Sequence record: PV340851.1
Reading direction: 5' to 3' (one strand)
Length of the DNA stretch: 64,000 bases
The position numbers and the translations under genes are program-made. Below, piece by piece: positions 49,101 to 58,369 of this stretch (the stretch's first letter is position 1; each line of letters starts with the position of its first letter). A model generated the notes under the pieces. That model did not search any database and was not told where the DNA came from. It saw only the letters and a program-made list of their open reading frames with translations.

Positions 49101-50050
49101 ATGTGTGTGCCAGCACCATTGTTTGATTCTCTTTGCCAGATTAGATTACCTTCCGCACTATATTTTCCAATCCATCCAGTCCTATCACTACCTCTAAAGA
49201 AACCAAAGGTAGATTGAATATGACCTACAACATATATTTGATCTTTATCATCAATGTGTATACCATCAAGTCTTGTTTGATGATCGAAGGATGATGTTTC
49301 TATGTCTGCTTGTAGAGATTTGTCCCATAGAAATTCACCGCTAGTGGTAAACTTGATCATGTAACCTTTGGTTTGATCAAGGTCTACGATATCACCAACA
49401 GCAACTAGTTGTCCTCTACTATTACAAGCAATGCCAAACAATTGTATTTTGTTTGAACTTCCACCAACAGTAGAAACTTTCTTACCCCATAGAGGGTTGC
49501 CATTTAGATCATACTTTTCTACAACTGCTTCGCCAGTAAGTCCACTATATCCACATGCATAGTATCCAGTGCTGTCAGATGTAACACTACGATAGTTTAT
49601 ACCACCTTGGTTACTAGTAGACTGCCATTGGACAACGCCTGTTGAATAACTATACTTGCCAATCCATGGTGTTGTTCCATTAACGTTACCACATACAATT
49701 AGATCACCATTAGAATCAACGTGAAGGTTTTCTAGAAATGCAAAATTAATGGCAGCATTATTGTCAGTAGAAACAATTCTTGTCTCGTAGTCTAGAGTTG
49801 TTGTTGTGGTTTCTTGATTGTAGTCTCTTTTATCAAAGAAACCATAACTAACCAAGTTTAAGTTTCTACCAGACCCAGCAATGACATACTTTTCATCAGA
49901 TTCAATGTATCTAATTTGTTCTACATCAATGTAACCATCACCTGTACCATTATCTTTATCAATATACTTGAAGAAGTTCTGGGCAACCTGCTGCCCCGAG
50001 GAACCTAAAAGAAATAGGTTCCTTGCTGCGCTGTTATATGAAACTGGCAT
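46184..50050 (-). CDS. Adhesin/tail-fibre-associated protein: beta-propeller plus duplicated CBM-like/LamG modules (1288 aa)
   Basis: G..xW repeats in the N-half; two LamG-like blocks ending QNYNATKSKY and QNFNATRGKY. Confidence 0.75.
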   Translation of the reverse strand: MPVSYNSAARNLFLLGSSGQQVAQNFFKYIDKDNGTGDGYIDVEQIRYIESDEKYVIAGSGRNLNLVSYGFFDKRDYNQETTTTTLDYETRIVSTDNNAAINFAFLENLHVDSNGDLIVCGNVNGTTPWIGKYSYSTGVVQWQSTSNQGGINYRSVTSDSTGYYACGYSGLTGEAVVEKYDLNGNPLWGKKVSTVGGSSNKIQLFGIACNSRGQLVAVGDIVDLDQTKGYMIKFTTSGEFLWDKSLQADIETSSFDHQTRLDGIHIDDKDQIYVVGHIQSTFGFFRGSDRTGWIGKYSAEGNLIWQRESNNGAGTHMSHRRVFADNQTEQVIVLGYWSNTTEDGAALSKYSKNGTLLWRRSLISDSSSFVDNPVLDADSSFYYLAFVDEDRISITNTPEGYVFGKVSTSGNGLGAFQYPDGTGINQGYEILNITDKIGRLDDGSVRFDSSDLRKTPFSANHIIFDDYATQVTKKKVNIKDAGVIQYSGSPAIRPADFETREYTTDEYGVPPQKNYIGLSESLSPASTNTSPTPNNTWTRQSTNVNITANDIANPLGVGVRAEKYNISATSGRRLEYGVPAGVFVAGQTYTYSWWMKAITTNAQWNFQVLYAGASNSTISFADRDGNILENVSSSTVYKPTDTEWHRVVWTFTANNTGSGAIGGYNENNETGDLWYLWGAQLVDGPNPLRYYTNNANNTPENAAGTEHAPDIVSGAYNFDQSEILQIGEIPGDFSEMTVEIWFKSDTLSNWQNPIDCNYHVNNATGTTQSGNIGPRLEINASGNCSWYWGAPLDDNNRNFPSPGAEITTGVWNHAVLSIAGPLGSDGSAYINGEFVGTGGQNGTAGNTWYGEIRNLILGRGFVLASRYFDGQVGEVRIYPKALRAEQVFQNYNATKSKYINEAPDTAPRIGPGIVTDSNLLLNYDFGNRATYNRAHNLYDNSTNYGSSNWNLQGPNGVTTNTTDVLSPVGDYTATKWQPTTTLTQYIYDGIGAMGTETHTMSVWVRAADGETTTFAMNLFSPTQNPSDFTATDKWQRFTWTFTPQNQANAYPVIVRELDKALYIWGPQIEKASTAGNYVPTYATSVGAPTTVKNLSSNSFPGTINGATFNPAGYFEFDGTNDYIQSSSVMAPGSADFSVVFWYKITGTGGRGGLFERAASSPFSGWVLGQGGTNNWSAAVRDSSNNNVAFQYTFPTVDEWTCDAFTWDVSTQTLTPYRNGANAGTATNTGTVGSLDGNTRYPMVIGGRLDSALAQYKPMECGEVQMYSKVLTAAEVSQNFNATRGKYGV

Positions 50051-50062
50051 TAGTTGTTATCC

Positions 50063-53000
50063 TCAGCTGAAGTCTGTGTTGCCTTGTCCGAATACTTTGG
50101 TTACACCAGAGTTATCCTTAACGATGATAAAGGTTAAGATGTCAGTGTTAGATGTAGCAGTTGGTGGTGAACCACCAGACCATTGTACGCCAGTGCTGAT
50201 GTCTACTCCATCAACACTACAATCATCACCATATGTAGCAGCAGTATTACCTGCAAGAATCAGAGACAGTGTAATCGATTCGCCGTTGCTCAAACTTACA
50301 CTAGTGAACGCCCACTTATTAATAGCAGTAGAAGCAGGTGTACCCAGAATGGTGTTAGCACCAGCAGTATTAATAGTTAGTGTATTAGATGAAGGAGTGA
50401 GGGAAGTATTGTAACTAAAGAATACTTTTTCTTTGACTCTACCACCTAGTCTGATGGCACCATCAACATCCAATCCAGTTAGTGTACCAACAGATGTCAG
50501 CGAAGAGTTGACAACTGATGTACCTAGGTCTGTGCTGCTGATTAGTAGTTGGTTAGCAATAGAGATCTGCTTACCTGCTTGCAGTTCCAAACTCTCGGAG
50601 AAAGTCCAGTATTTGATGGATCTAGTTCCATCATAAATCATGCTCTTATCAGTGGTTCCCTTCAGGATCAAACCACCACCAGTTGCTGCCAGGTCAGAAG
50701 GACCATTAGCAACAATGGATGCAGTACCGTTACCAGTTACAGTGTTAGAAAGGACTGCTTGGTTGCCACTAATAGAAACGATAGTACAATTGGTTCCTAG
50801 TTCAATACCATCAGTGATGGAAGTTACTTCCATGCCAGGAATCAGACCAGCAGTAGGTGTGATGTTTGTGATGGTTGTAGAACCAGTTGTGGTTGTTGCT
50901 GTGACAGTTACAGTAGAGACAGCAGCAAGTTCGACTGCTTTGTCATCGACCGATATGACGTTGGAGTTAATAGTTGTGGTCGTACCGTTGACTACCAACG
51001 ATCCGTTCAGGATAGTATCACCGTCAACAGTAAGATCATTTGGTACAGTAACATTGAAGCTGCTATTACCTCTAATCCATGCCTCAGTAGAAGAACCAAT
51101 TACCAACTGGTTGTTACCAGTCAGGTTAGGTGGTGCATAGGTAGCGTTGGTTGCGTTCTCATCAGGAGAAGCACCGATCAGGACGTTACCAGAACCAAGG
51201 CAGTTGAAACCTGCATAGTGACCGATACAAACGTTGTCATTACCTACAGTATTATTTTGCAATGAGTTCATACCCAATGCACAGTTACGTAGTCCATCCT
51301 CATTGAGAGTCATGGAACCAGCACCGATCGCAACGTTCTTCTCACCATCACTGTTGATCTTCAGTGCCTGGTAACCAAATGCAGTGTTGTTGTCTGAGTC
51401 GTTAACAAATAGTGCTTCATAACCAAACGCAGTACAGTTACCACCAGCATTGTTTGCTTGTAGTGCCTTGTTACCCATCGCAGTGTTAGTTGCAACAGAA
51501 CCACCACCACGACCGACAATCATCGGTACAGTGTCACCGCCACGGATAGAGATGTCAGAATTTTCGGAGTTAAGAATACCGTTGATAGTAATAGTATCAG
51601 CAACAGAAGTACCAACGGTCAGATCTTTTTCTACAACCAAATCACCATTGATTGTGGTAGTACCACTGGAGTTACCCATATTCAGGGTAGTAGCAGCAGT
51701 ACCAAAGTTCAGGTTTGTTACACCACTTACCAAGCAATCAAATGCTGTGGACGTGGTGACAATACTGGTCAGGAAGATAGGAGACTGTTGGAATACTACA
51801 CTACCAGTACCAGTTGTGTCTGTGATAAGACCACGCAACTGAGTAGAGGTTGTAGATGAGAATGATGCCAGAGTGTCAGACTTATATGCAACCTCACCAC
51901 CCAGTCTGAAGTTAATATTAATCTGCTGGGAGTTGTTATCACTAGTGAACTGAAGGTCACGTTTGAATTCAACCTGTTTTGTATCTGCAATCGTTAGTGT
52001 GGAGTTAGCAGATTGAGATAGTGCGATACCATTAATGGTAGTGCAAGTTGCATTACCTAGTATAGGTGAAGTCAGTGTGGGTGATGTTAGACTCTTGTTA
52101 GTTAGAGTCTGTGTCTCTGTCTCTGTGACCAGTCTGTTTGTAATCGAACCGTCGAAGGATCTCCAGTAACCACCTGCTTCATACCATGCTAGTTGAATAA
52201 AGCTGGTTACAGATTCATCAGCATTGGTTGTTCTGTTGACTTGAATACCACCGTCAGCACCAACGATACTAGAACCTTTTCTTAGTTCGATGATGTTGTC
52301 TTCTACACGTAGAGTGGTGGTGTCCAGAGTAGTCTGGGAACCAGATACTACGAGGTCACCAGTAACAGTAACAGTAGAACCGTCGTCAGTGATGATGCTG
52401 TTTGCTAGTTGAGAGTTACCAGAGTCCCACTTGAGTAGGGTGTTGGCACCAAAGTTATTATTATTCTTGAGTTCAAAGTTGAAGTTGTTCTTCAGAACAC
52501 CACCGTTAGCAGTAAATGATGCACCTGTGTCATCGTTAGCAGATGTAATTTCAAATGTGGTAACACCACCTACGGTGTTCTGTGCAATACTTGCAGCACC
52601 TGCTGTAGTAAATCTAAAGTTACCTGATGATAGGGAGTTACTACCAGATGCTAGTTGAGTAATAGTATTAGTATCAGTTGATGAAACCTCGATGGTTGCA
52701 CCGCTTTGAGATACAGTTACGTTGTTACCACCAGTGACAGTGATGTCGCCTGAAGTTAGTGATCCAGTGTTACCACCTTTCAGTCTGGTGATAGTATCCA
52801 CAGAGCTAACAGTGATCTCTTCTTCACCTGTTCCAACATTTAATGATTGTGTAAGTGTAGTAGCACCACCCTGGAGGAAGGTAAACTTACCTGACTTGAG
52901 AGTCTGACCAGTACCAGCACGAACTTCTGTTACCGTGTCAACGTTAGAACCTGTGATTGTAATTGTGTTGCCAGACTGACTGACAGATGCAAATCCAGCA

Positions 53001-53587
53001 GCATCAATGATGACAGATCCACTTACTGCAGAACCACCTACGGCAGATTCAATGGTGGTAACAGTGTCTGTATCAGTAAAGCTGGAGGAGAAAGTGATAA
53101 CGTCACCGATCCTGGCAACGCTCATGTTTGTTCCTGCTTCCAGTGTAACATCATCAGTGTTGGAAGAGGAGTCAGTCAGACGGATGATTTTCTGTCCACC
53201 AGTGCTTCCGTCTTGTGCTGAAATGCTGTATGTTGTATCCGTGTTGGAGATAGTAGTCGATCCACCAAGAGCCACTTGCGCTCCGTTGATGGATATGCTA
53301 CTATTAACCAGTGCAGCATTCGGGATGGCGGACATAATGTTCGTCGCGCCAGAAATGGTACAGTCCTGGAATGTTTTGTTCGATACAACCTGTGAAGCGG
53401 TGGTGTACACATCACCTGGGTACGCCCACTCTAGTGTACTGCCGTTGCTCTTCAGGTACTGATCAGATAGACCTGTACTTCCTGAAATTGCTACGCCATT
53501 TCCTGTTAAGTCTAGGTTGTCACCTGCTACCAGTTCTTCGATCTTCCTGGAAGATGCATTAACGATAAGTGGAAAACGATCTGCCAT
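50063..53587 (-). CDS. Tail fibre protein (1174 aa)
   Basis: About 40-aa DT(I/V)T repeats; YadA-head-like N.A.G..AL repeats; TATAAATA late promoter. Confidence 0.8.
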   Translation of the reverse strand: MADRFPLIVNASSRKIEELVAGDNLDLTGNGVAISGSTGLSDQYLKSNGSTLEWAYPGDVYTTASQVVSNKTFQDCTISGATNIMSAIPNAALVNSSISINGAQVALGGSTTISNTDTTYSISAQDGSTGGQKIIRLTDSSSNTDDVTLEAGTNMSVARIGDVITFSSSFTDTDTVTTIESAVGGSAVSGSVIIDAAGFASVSQSGNTITITGSNVDTVTEVRAGTGQTLKSGKFTFLQGGATTLTQSLNVGTGEEEITVSSVDTITRLKGGNTGSLTSGDITVTGGNNVTVSQSGATIEVSSTDTNTITQLASGSNSLSSGNFRFTTAGAASIAQNTVGGVTTFEITSANDDTGASFTANGGVLKNNFNFELKNNNNFGANTLLKWDSGNSQLANSIITDDGSTVTVTGDLVVSGSQTTLDTTTLRVEDNIIELRKGSSIVGADGGIQVNRTTNADESVTSFIQLAWYEAGGYWRSFDGSITNRLVTETETQTLTNKSLTSPTLTSPILGNATCTTINGIALSQSANSTLTIADTKQVEFKRDLQFTSDNNSQQININFRLGGEVAYKSDTLASFSSTTSTQLRGLITDTTGTGSVVFQQSPIFLTSIVTTSTAFDCLVSGVTNLNFGTAATTLNMGNSSGTTTINGDLVVEKDLTVGTSVADTITINGILNSENSDISIRGGDTVPMIVGRGGGSVATNTAMGNKALQANNAGGNCTAFGYEALFVNDSDNNTAFGYQALKINSDGEKNVAIGAGSMTLNEDGLRNCALGMNSLQNNTVGNDNVCIGHYAGFNCLGSGNVLIGASPDENATNATYAPPNLTGNNQLVIGSSTEAWIRGNSSFNVTVPNDLTVDGDTILNGSLVVNGTTTTINSNVISVDDKAVELAAVSTVTVTATTTTGSTTITNITPTAGLIPGMEVTSITDGIELGTNCTIVSISGNQAVLSNTVTGNGTASIVANGPSDLAATGGGLILKGTTDKSMIYDGTRSIKYWTFSESLELQAGKQISIANQLLISSTDLGTSVVNSSLTSVGTLTGLDVDGAIRLGGRVKEKVFFSYNTSLTPSSNTLTINTAGANTILGTPASTAINKWAFTSVSLSNGESITLSLILAGNTAATYGDDCSVDGVDISTGVQWSGGSPPTATSNTDILTFIIVKDNSGVTKVFGQGNTDFS

Positions 53588-53624
53588 TATTGCACTGCCG
53601 CTAGTTGATTTAACTTCTCTCAGT

Positions 53625-53632
53625 TATTTATA
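53625..53632 (-). promoter_or_regulatory. T4-like late promoter for the tail-fibre cluster
   Basis: TATAAATA on the minus strand, about 40 nt upstream of the ATG. Confidence 0.8.
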
Positions 53633-53698
53633 GGGCAGCATATTTATATTATTTGCTGCTTAAACTGAGGTTAGGTACAAACACTCATCTTCTAGGGG

Positions 53699-53732
53699 TT
53701 GACGGAGAACCGAACATCTGATATACTAAATA
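53699..53732 (+). promoter_or_regulatory. Composite sigma70 plus late promoter for psbA
   Basis: TTGACG-N17-TATACT overlapping TAAATA (53727-53732). Confidence 0.75.
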
Positions 53733-53779
53733 CATGAAGCAATGTTAAGCACCTCTAAGGTTCGTAACATGTTTTACTA

Positions 53780-53885
53780 CTGCCGCTACCGAGACTAGGC
53801 AGACAAATCCGTCTCTCATACCCACGATGGAGGGTGTCGTGGGAATATTCTAATCGTCAGTTCCCTGCTGACCTTTCTTACCCTT
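53780..53885 (+). ncRNA. PhotoRC-II-like structured psbA leader
   Basis: CTGCC/GGCAG stem with GAGAC/GTCTC pseudoknot; CCCACGAT/GTCGTGGG hairpin with GAGGGT loop; upstream of psbA. Confidence 0.7.
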
Positions 53886-53891
53886 TTTCAA

Positions 53892-54974
53892 ATGTCAAGT
53901 ACAACTCTTTCACAACAACAATCACAATCCACCTGGGAACAATTTTGCCAGTGGGTAACTTCTACCAATAACCGCCTCTATGTCGGTTGGTTCGGCGTTC
54001 TGATGATTCCAACTCTGTTGGCAGCAACTATCTGCTTCATCGTCGCCTTCATCGCTGCTCCCCCTGTGGACATCGATGGCATCCGTGAACCTGTCGCTGG
54101 TTCACTCATGTATGGTAACAACATCATCTCTGGTGCAGTTGTTCCCTCTTCCAACGCAATTGGTCTTCACTTCTATCCCATCTGGGAAGCTGCATCACTC
54201 GACGAGTGGTTGTATAATGGTGGTCCTTTCCAACTGGTAATCTTTCACTTTCTCATTGGCATCTTTGCTTATATGGGTCGTGAATGGGAACTTTCTTACC
54301 GTCTTGGTATGCGCCCTTGGATCTGTGTGGCATATTCCGCTCCTGTTGCTGCTGCCTCAGCAGTGTTCCTTGTTTATCCTTTTGGTCAAGGAAGTTTCTC
54401 AGATGCAATGCCTCTCGGAATCTCTGGTACATTTAACTACATGCTTGTCTTCCAAGCAGAGCACAACATCCTCATGCACCCCTTCCACATGCTGGGAGTC
54501 GCAGGTGTCTTCGGTGGTTCTCTGTTCAGTGCAATGCATGGTTCTCTGGTTACCTCTTCGCTGGTCCGTGAGACCACAGAAACTGAGTCCCAGAACTATG
54601 GTTACAAGTTCGGTCAAGAAGAAGAGACCTATAACATTGTCGCCGCTCACGGTTACTTCGGTCGCTTGATCTTCCAGTATGCATCTTTTAACAATTCTAG
54701 AAGCCTGCATTTCTTCCTCGCTGCGTGGCCAGTCGTGGGAATCTGGTTTACCGCCCTCGGCGTCAGCACCATGGCATTCAACCTCAATGGGTTCAACTTC
54801 AATCAATCCATTGTTGAGAGTCAAGGTCGTGTTATCAACACCTGGGCAGACATTCTGAACCGTGCAGGTCTCGGGATGGAAGTTATGCATGAGCGTAACG
54901 CACACAACTTCCCTCTGGATCTTGCTGCTGTTGAGTCCACCCCCGTGGCACTCACCGCTCCTTCTATCGGTTGA
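53892..54974 (+). CDS. psbA: Photosystem II D1 protein
   Basis: [40 protein letters not shown]; 360 aa, no intron. Confidence 0.99.
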   Translation: MSSTTLSQQQSQSTWEQFCQWVTSTNNRLYVGWFGVLMIPTLLAATICFIVAFIAAPPVDIDGIREPVAGSLMYGNNIISGAVVPSSNAIGLHFYPIWEAASLDEWLYNGGPFQLVIFHFLIGIFAYMGREWELSYRLGMRPWICVAYSAPVAAASAVFLVYPFGQGSFSDAMPLGISGTFNYMLVFQAEHNILMHPFHMLGVAGVFGGSLFSAMHGSLVTSSLVRETTETESQNYGYKFGQEEETYNIVAAHGYFGRLIFQYASFNNSRSLHFFLAAWPVVGIWFTALGVSTMAFNLNGFNFNQSIVESQGRVINTWADILNRAGLGMEVMHERNAHNFPLDLAAVESTPVALTAPSIG

Positions 54975-54999
54975 CAAGATAGATACAATCTGATAAACT

Positions 55000-55023
55000 G
55001 AGGGTCTTCGGACCCTCTTTTTT
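55000..55023 (+). terminator. psbA terminator
   Basis: GAGGGTC-TTCG-GACCCTC plus T-run. Confidence 0.85.
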
Positions 55024-55551
55024 ATGATCCTTTGGTACGATGACAATCTTCCATACGAACCAGAGATGTTAGATCTTCTCAAAGATTTTCAACGTGAAGG
55101 TACTGACTATGGAAGATCTAAATACTATAGCAATTACGAAGTAAAAGGTAAACATCTAGAACTAGTTCCTGTTCTTGGTGATTATCTACGAGATTTCTAT
55201 CACGACCACGTAAAAAGAATGACCAAAGACCTTGGCATCTTTGGGCAGTGGCGCTATACTAATGAATACTGGACTCAACTATACTACAAAGGCAGTGATA
55301 CCCATGGTATCCACAGTCACTTTGGTAACGGAGCAGTAGTTTCCTGGGTTCACATTCTACAAGCACCAGAAGATCAAGATTGTTTCTACTTTGTTGACTC
55401 AAAGATGAATAAGATGTATCCTAAACATCAGCGTAGCAATACGTTGTTCTGCTTTCCATCTTGGTCACTACATGCTGTTGATAGATTGAGGGATGAAGGT
55501 GAACGAGTAATTGTAGCAGGCAACATTCTATTCAACAATATTGAAATATGA
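55024..55551 (+). CDS. Putative 2OG-Fe(II) oxygenase
   Basis: HSH, SWVHIL, FPSWSLHAV, RVIVAGN. Confidence 0.75.
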   Translation: MILWYDDNLPYEPEMLDLLKDFQREGTDYGRSKYYSNYEVKGKHLELVPVLGDYLRDFYHDHVKRMTKDLGIFGQWRYTNEYWTQLYYKGSDTHGIHSHFGNGAVVSWVHILQAPEDQDCFYFVDSKMNKMYPKHQRSNTLFCFPSWSLHAVDRLRDEGERVIVAGNILFNNIEI

Positions 55552-55796
55552 ACATTGTAATTTACACACGACCTGGATGTAAGTATTGTAGTCAGGTCAA
55601 AGAGTTGATGGAACGTGCTGAGTTTGAATATGAGGAACGTTACATCACTACCCCAGACCAGCGAGAGCAATTCTTAACGAAACATCCTGATGCAAAAACC
55701 TATCCGTATGTTATAATTGATGGGGAACACACAGGAGGTCTGGTCGAAACTGCCAAACTATTTGTACAAAACGGATGGGTAAGAGCAAAGAACTAG
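55548..55796 (+). CDS. nrdC: Glutaredoxin
   Basis: YTRPGCKYC, TYPYV, TGG. Confidence 0.9.
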   Translation: MNIVIYTRPGCKYCSQVKELMERAEFEYEERYITTPDQREQFLTKHPDAKTYPYVIIDGEHTGGLVETAKLFVQNGWVRAKN

Positions 55797-55819
55797 GAAT
55801 AAATAAAGGCATAGAGCTG

Positions 55820-55939
55820 ATGCTCAGGAGAGAGATCGAGATACCTAAAAAAAGTGGTATCAAATTGGACCATTCATTCAGTCTCCTGGGTAGAACGTTT
55901 CAACTCAAGTTTGAATACACCTGGGAGAAAACAAACTAG
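55820..55939 (+). CDS. Small hypothetical protein (39 aa), not in ORF track
   Basis: MLRREIEIPKKSGIKLDHSFSLLGRTFQLKFEYTWEKTN, after late promoter ATAAATA 55799-55805. Confidence 0.45.
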   Translation: MLRREIEIPKKSGIKLDHSFSLLGRTFQLKFEYTWEKTN

Positions 55940-55956
55940 TAGTTGGAGCACAGGTA

Positions 55957-56190
55957 ATGCAGACTTCAGTAATTCTTTTCTTTTCTGGCGTATTTGGTGT
56001 ACTGTCACTCATTGTTGGTATAATCGCTGGGTGGTATGCTAATGACGTAGTGTTCGCAATAAGAAACCAAGAGACCAATAGGTATACACCCCATCCTGAA
56101 ATGTATGACGAAGAAGGAGTATGGATTAATGAAGAACTCTATTCAGTTAAATTCGTAACGGAGGACGAAGAGGAGGATGATTATCATTGA
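55957..56190 (+). CDS. Small membrane-anchored hypothetical protein
   Basis: N-terminal TM; HPEMYDEEG motif. Confidence 0.75.
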   Translation: MQTSVILFFSGVFGVLSLIVGIIAGWYANDVVFAIRNQETNRYTPHPEMYDEEGVWINEELYSVKFVTEDEEEDDYH

Positions 56191-57040
56191 CATGAATCAG
56201 GTTATGATCAGTAACCTGATGGCTCAATTGAAACATGACCAACTAAATGGCAACTTAGTCAGACACATGGTCTTGAATTCATTGAGATCATATGAAAAAC
56301 AGTACGGGGAGAAGTACGGCGAGATGGTTCTTGCCTATGACTCCAAACAATATTGGAGAAAGGAATACTTCCCGTACTACAAACAAAATAGAAAGAAAGA
56401 TAGAGAACGCTCGGGTCACAACTGGTCTGCAATCTTTGATCTACTCAATGCAATTCGAGATGAGATCCGAGAATTCTTTCCTTACAAAGTAGTAGAAGTT
56501 CTTGGCGCAGAGGCAGACGATGTTATCTCTACCCTGTGTAAAAACAAAGGTCCGAAAGAACTGATACTGATTCTATCTGGCGATAAAGATTTTATCCAAT
56601 TGCAAAAGTATCCAGGAGTACATCAGTACAATCCTATTGCTAAGAAAACTATTGCATACGATAACCCTCATGCTTTCATCAAAGAACATGTTATCAAAGG
56701 GGACAAGTCTGATGGTATTCCTAACTTCCTTTCACCTGATGACTGCTTTGTCTCAGGTTTGAGGCAAAGACCTATCAGTCAGAAGAATCTATCTAAGTGG
56801 GTTGACCAAGAACCATCTAAGTTCTGTATGAATGAGACTCAACTAGCAAACTATCATCGCAATCGTATGCTGATTGACTTTGATTATGTGCCAGATGAAA
56901 TCGAACGCAAAATCTTAGACGAATATGAGTCGCTAAATATAGATGGGAGACAAGTTCCATTAGAATACTTTCAAAAATATCAATTAAATGATATGATGCA
57001 GGAGTATTTCTTTCGTAGTTCAACGCCTTTTAAAAAATGA
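56177..57040 (+). CDS. rnh: T4-type RNase H / 5'-3' exonuclease
   Basis: IDMNQ, YKQNR, EADD, SGDKDF, GDKSDGIPN. Confidence 0.93.
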   Translation: MIIIDMNQVMISNLMAQLKHDQLNGNLVRHMVLNSLRSYEKQYGEKYGEMVLAYDSKQYWRKEYFPYYKQNRKKDRERSGHNWSAIFDLLNAIRDEIREFFPYKVVEVLGAEADDVISTLCKNKGPKELILILSGDKDFIQLQKYPGVHQYNPIAKKTIAYDNPHAFIKEHVIKGDKSDGIPNFLSPDDCFVSGLRQRPISQKNLSKWVDQEPSKFCMNETQLANYHRNRMLIDFDYVPDEIERKILDEYESLNIDGRQVPLEYFQKYQLNDMMQEYFFRSSTPFKK

Positions 57041-57471
57041 AACTGTTAATTTCTGAAGTGCTCCAGAAAGTGAGCAACGCAAAGACAAAAGCACAGAAAA
57101 TCAATCTTCTGCAGCAACACAACACCCCTGCATTAAGATCTATTCTGATCGCTAACTATGATGAAAGCATTATCTCTATGCTTCCTGAAGGTGATGTCCC
57201 CTTCACACCTAACGATGCTCCTAAAGGAACAGAACATACTGTTCTTGAGCAAGAGTACCGTCGCCTGTACTTGTTCTTCAAAGGTGGTTCTTCATCTCTA
57301 AAGCAATCGCAACGTGAGAACCTGTTCGTGCAGATGCTAGAGGGTCTGTGTGAGGAAGAGGCATCTCTGTTGGTGTTGGTCAAAGACAAGGCACTACAGA
57401 AGAAATACAAGATCACCCGTGCTTGTGTTGAGCAAGCATTCCCATCGATCAAGTGGGGCAACCGTGCCTGA
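57037..57471 (+). CDS. Conserved T4-like cyanophage hypothetical protein
   Basis: LISEVLQKV, LPEGDVPF, RENLFVQMLEGL. Confidence 0.85.
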   Translation: MKLLISEVLQKVSNAKTKAQKINLLQQHNTPALRSILIANYDESIISMLPEGDVPFTPNDAPKGTEHTVLEQEYRRLYLFFKGGSSSLKQSQRENLFVQMLEGLCEEEASLLVLVKDKALQKKYKITRACVEQAFPSIKWGNRA

Positions 57472-57722
57472 TGGGTAAAGGTGTTAGAATGCTCCATGAG
57501 GACTGCGATCCTACCCTTGCTGATGATAGATCTTTGCCCTACACAGCATTCCTAGTGGAGTATTTACAAGATGGGATGACCAAGTTTGATATTGTATCTG
57601 CTGGTAAGCAAGTAGATATCTTTGATCATTACTGGGATCATTATCGCAGTGACTTTAAAAACATGACCCAAACTGAGGGTCGAATCAATCCTAAACTCTG
57701 GAATCCGCCTAGCAAATCATGA
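57471..57722 (+). CDS. Hypothetical protein
   Basis: LPYTAFLVEY, DIFDHYWD, NPKLW; TGATG coupling. Confidence 0.75.
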   Translation: MGKGVRMLHEDCDPTLADDRSLPYTAFLVEYLQDGMTKFDIVSAGKQVDIFDHYWDHYRSDFKNMTQTEGRINPKLWNPPSKS

Positions 57723-57982
57723 GCATATCAGGAAGACCTAGCAGCAAAATGAATACATTCTGTATTCAATACTGGCCGTTTGGTAGTGTAGAACAACCAA
57801 AGGTTATGCGTCGTATCAATAAAAATGGTATCGTAATTTCTACCAAGAAATTTTCTGAGGTCTTCATGTATACCTCATTGCAAGATGCATGGGATGATAC
57901 TCAGTGGTTAATGGAACATGGATTTGATGTAAAGGTACGCAAGTGTAACCTGGGTCGCAACGATCACTTCTGGTTAATCTAA
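57719..57982 (+). CDS. Hypothetical protein (87 aa)
   Basis: ATGA overlap; operon orientation. Confidence 0.65.
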   Translation: MSISGRPSSKMNTFCIQYWPFGSVEQPKVMRRINKNGIVISTKKFSEVFMYTSLQDAWDDTQWLMEHGFDVKVRKCNLGRNDHFWLI

Positions 57983-58308
57983 TGGGCGATCACTACTTGT
58001 TAAATCTGTTTGATTGTGATAGATCAAAAGTAAATGATGAAAAATTAATCAGAAAGCTGTTGCATGACGCAGCATACTGTGCTAGAATGACTGTGTTGGA
58101 AATCGTAAGTCACAAGTTCTACCCACAGGGTGTCACTGCTGTCGCATTGCTATCTGAAAGTCACATGAGTATTCATACGTGGCCAGAGCATGGTACTGCA
58201 GCAGTAGATGTTTATACTTGTGGTGATTCAGATCCTAGTCTGGCATGTAGTGTGATCCGCACACAACTGGATGCTAGCGACTGGGACATCCAACACATTA
58301 AGAGATAA
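57982..58308 (+). CDS. speD: S-adenosylmethionine decarboxylase proenzyme
   Basis: PQGVT, LSESHMSIHTWPE self-cleavage motif, DVYTCG. Confidence 0.92.
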   Translation: MGDHYLLNLFDCDRSKVNDEKLIRKLLHDAAYCARMTVLEIVSHKFYPQGVTAVALLSESHMSIHTWPEHGTAAVDVYTCGDSDPSLACSVIRTQLDASDWDIQHIKR

Positions 58309-58331
58309 TGAAATGTATCACATGATACATC

Positions 58332-58360
58332 TTGACATCTCTATATACTAATGGTATACT
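58332..58360 (+). promoter_or_regulatory. Sigma70-type promoter for the riboswitch cassette
   Basis: TTGACA-N17-TATACT with TG extension; predicted start near 58367. Confidence 0.85.
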
Positions 58361-58369
58361 ATACCAGTA

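Noticed and set aside
42828-53587. Diversity-generating retroelement targeting the fibre genes
   Set aside because: No reverse transcriptase and no near-identical template/variable repeat pair noticed in the window; the rest of the genome cannot be assessed
54399-55082. 227-aa ORF antisense to psbA, and similar long shadow ORFs (e.g. 169-471, 5176-5748, 20807-21298, 50640-51140)
   Set aside because: They lie opposite well-supported genes, show no motifs or RBS, and are expected from codon bias
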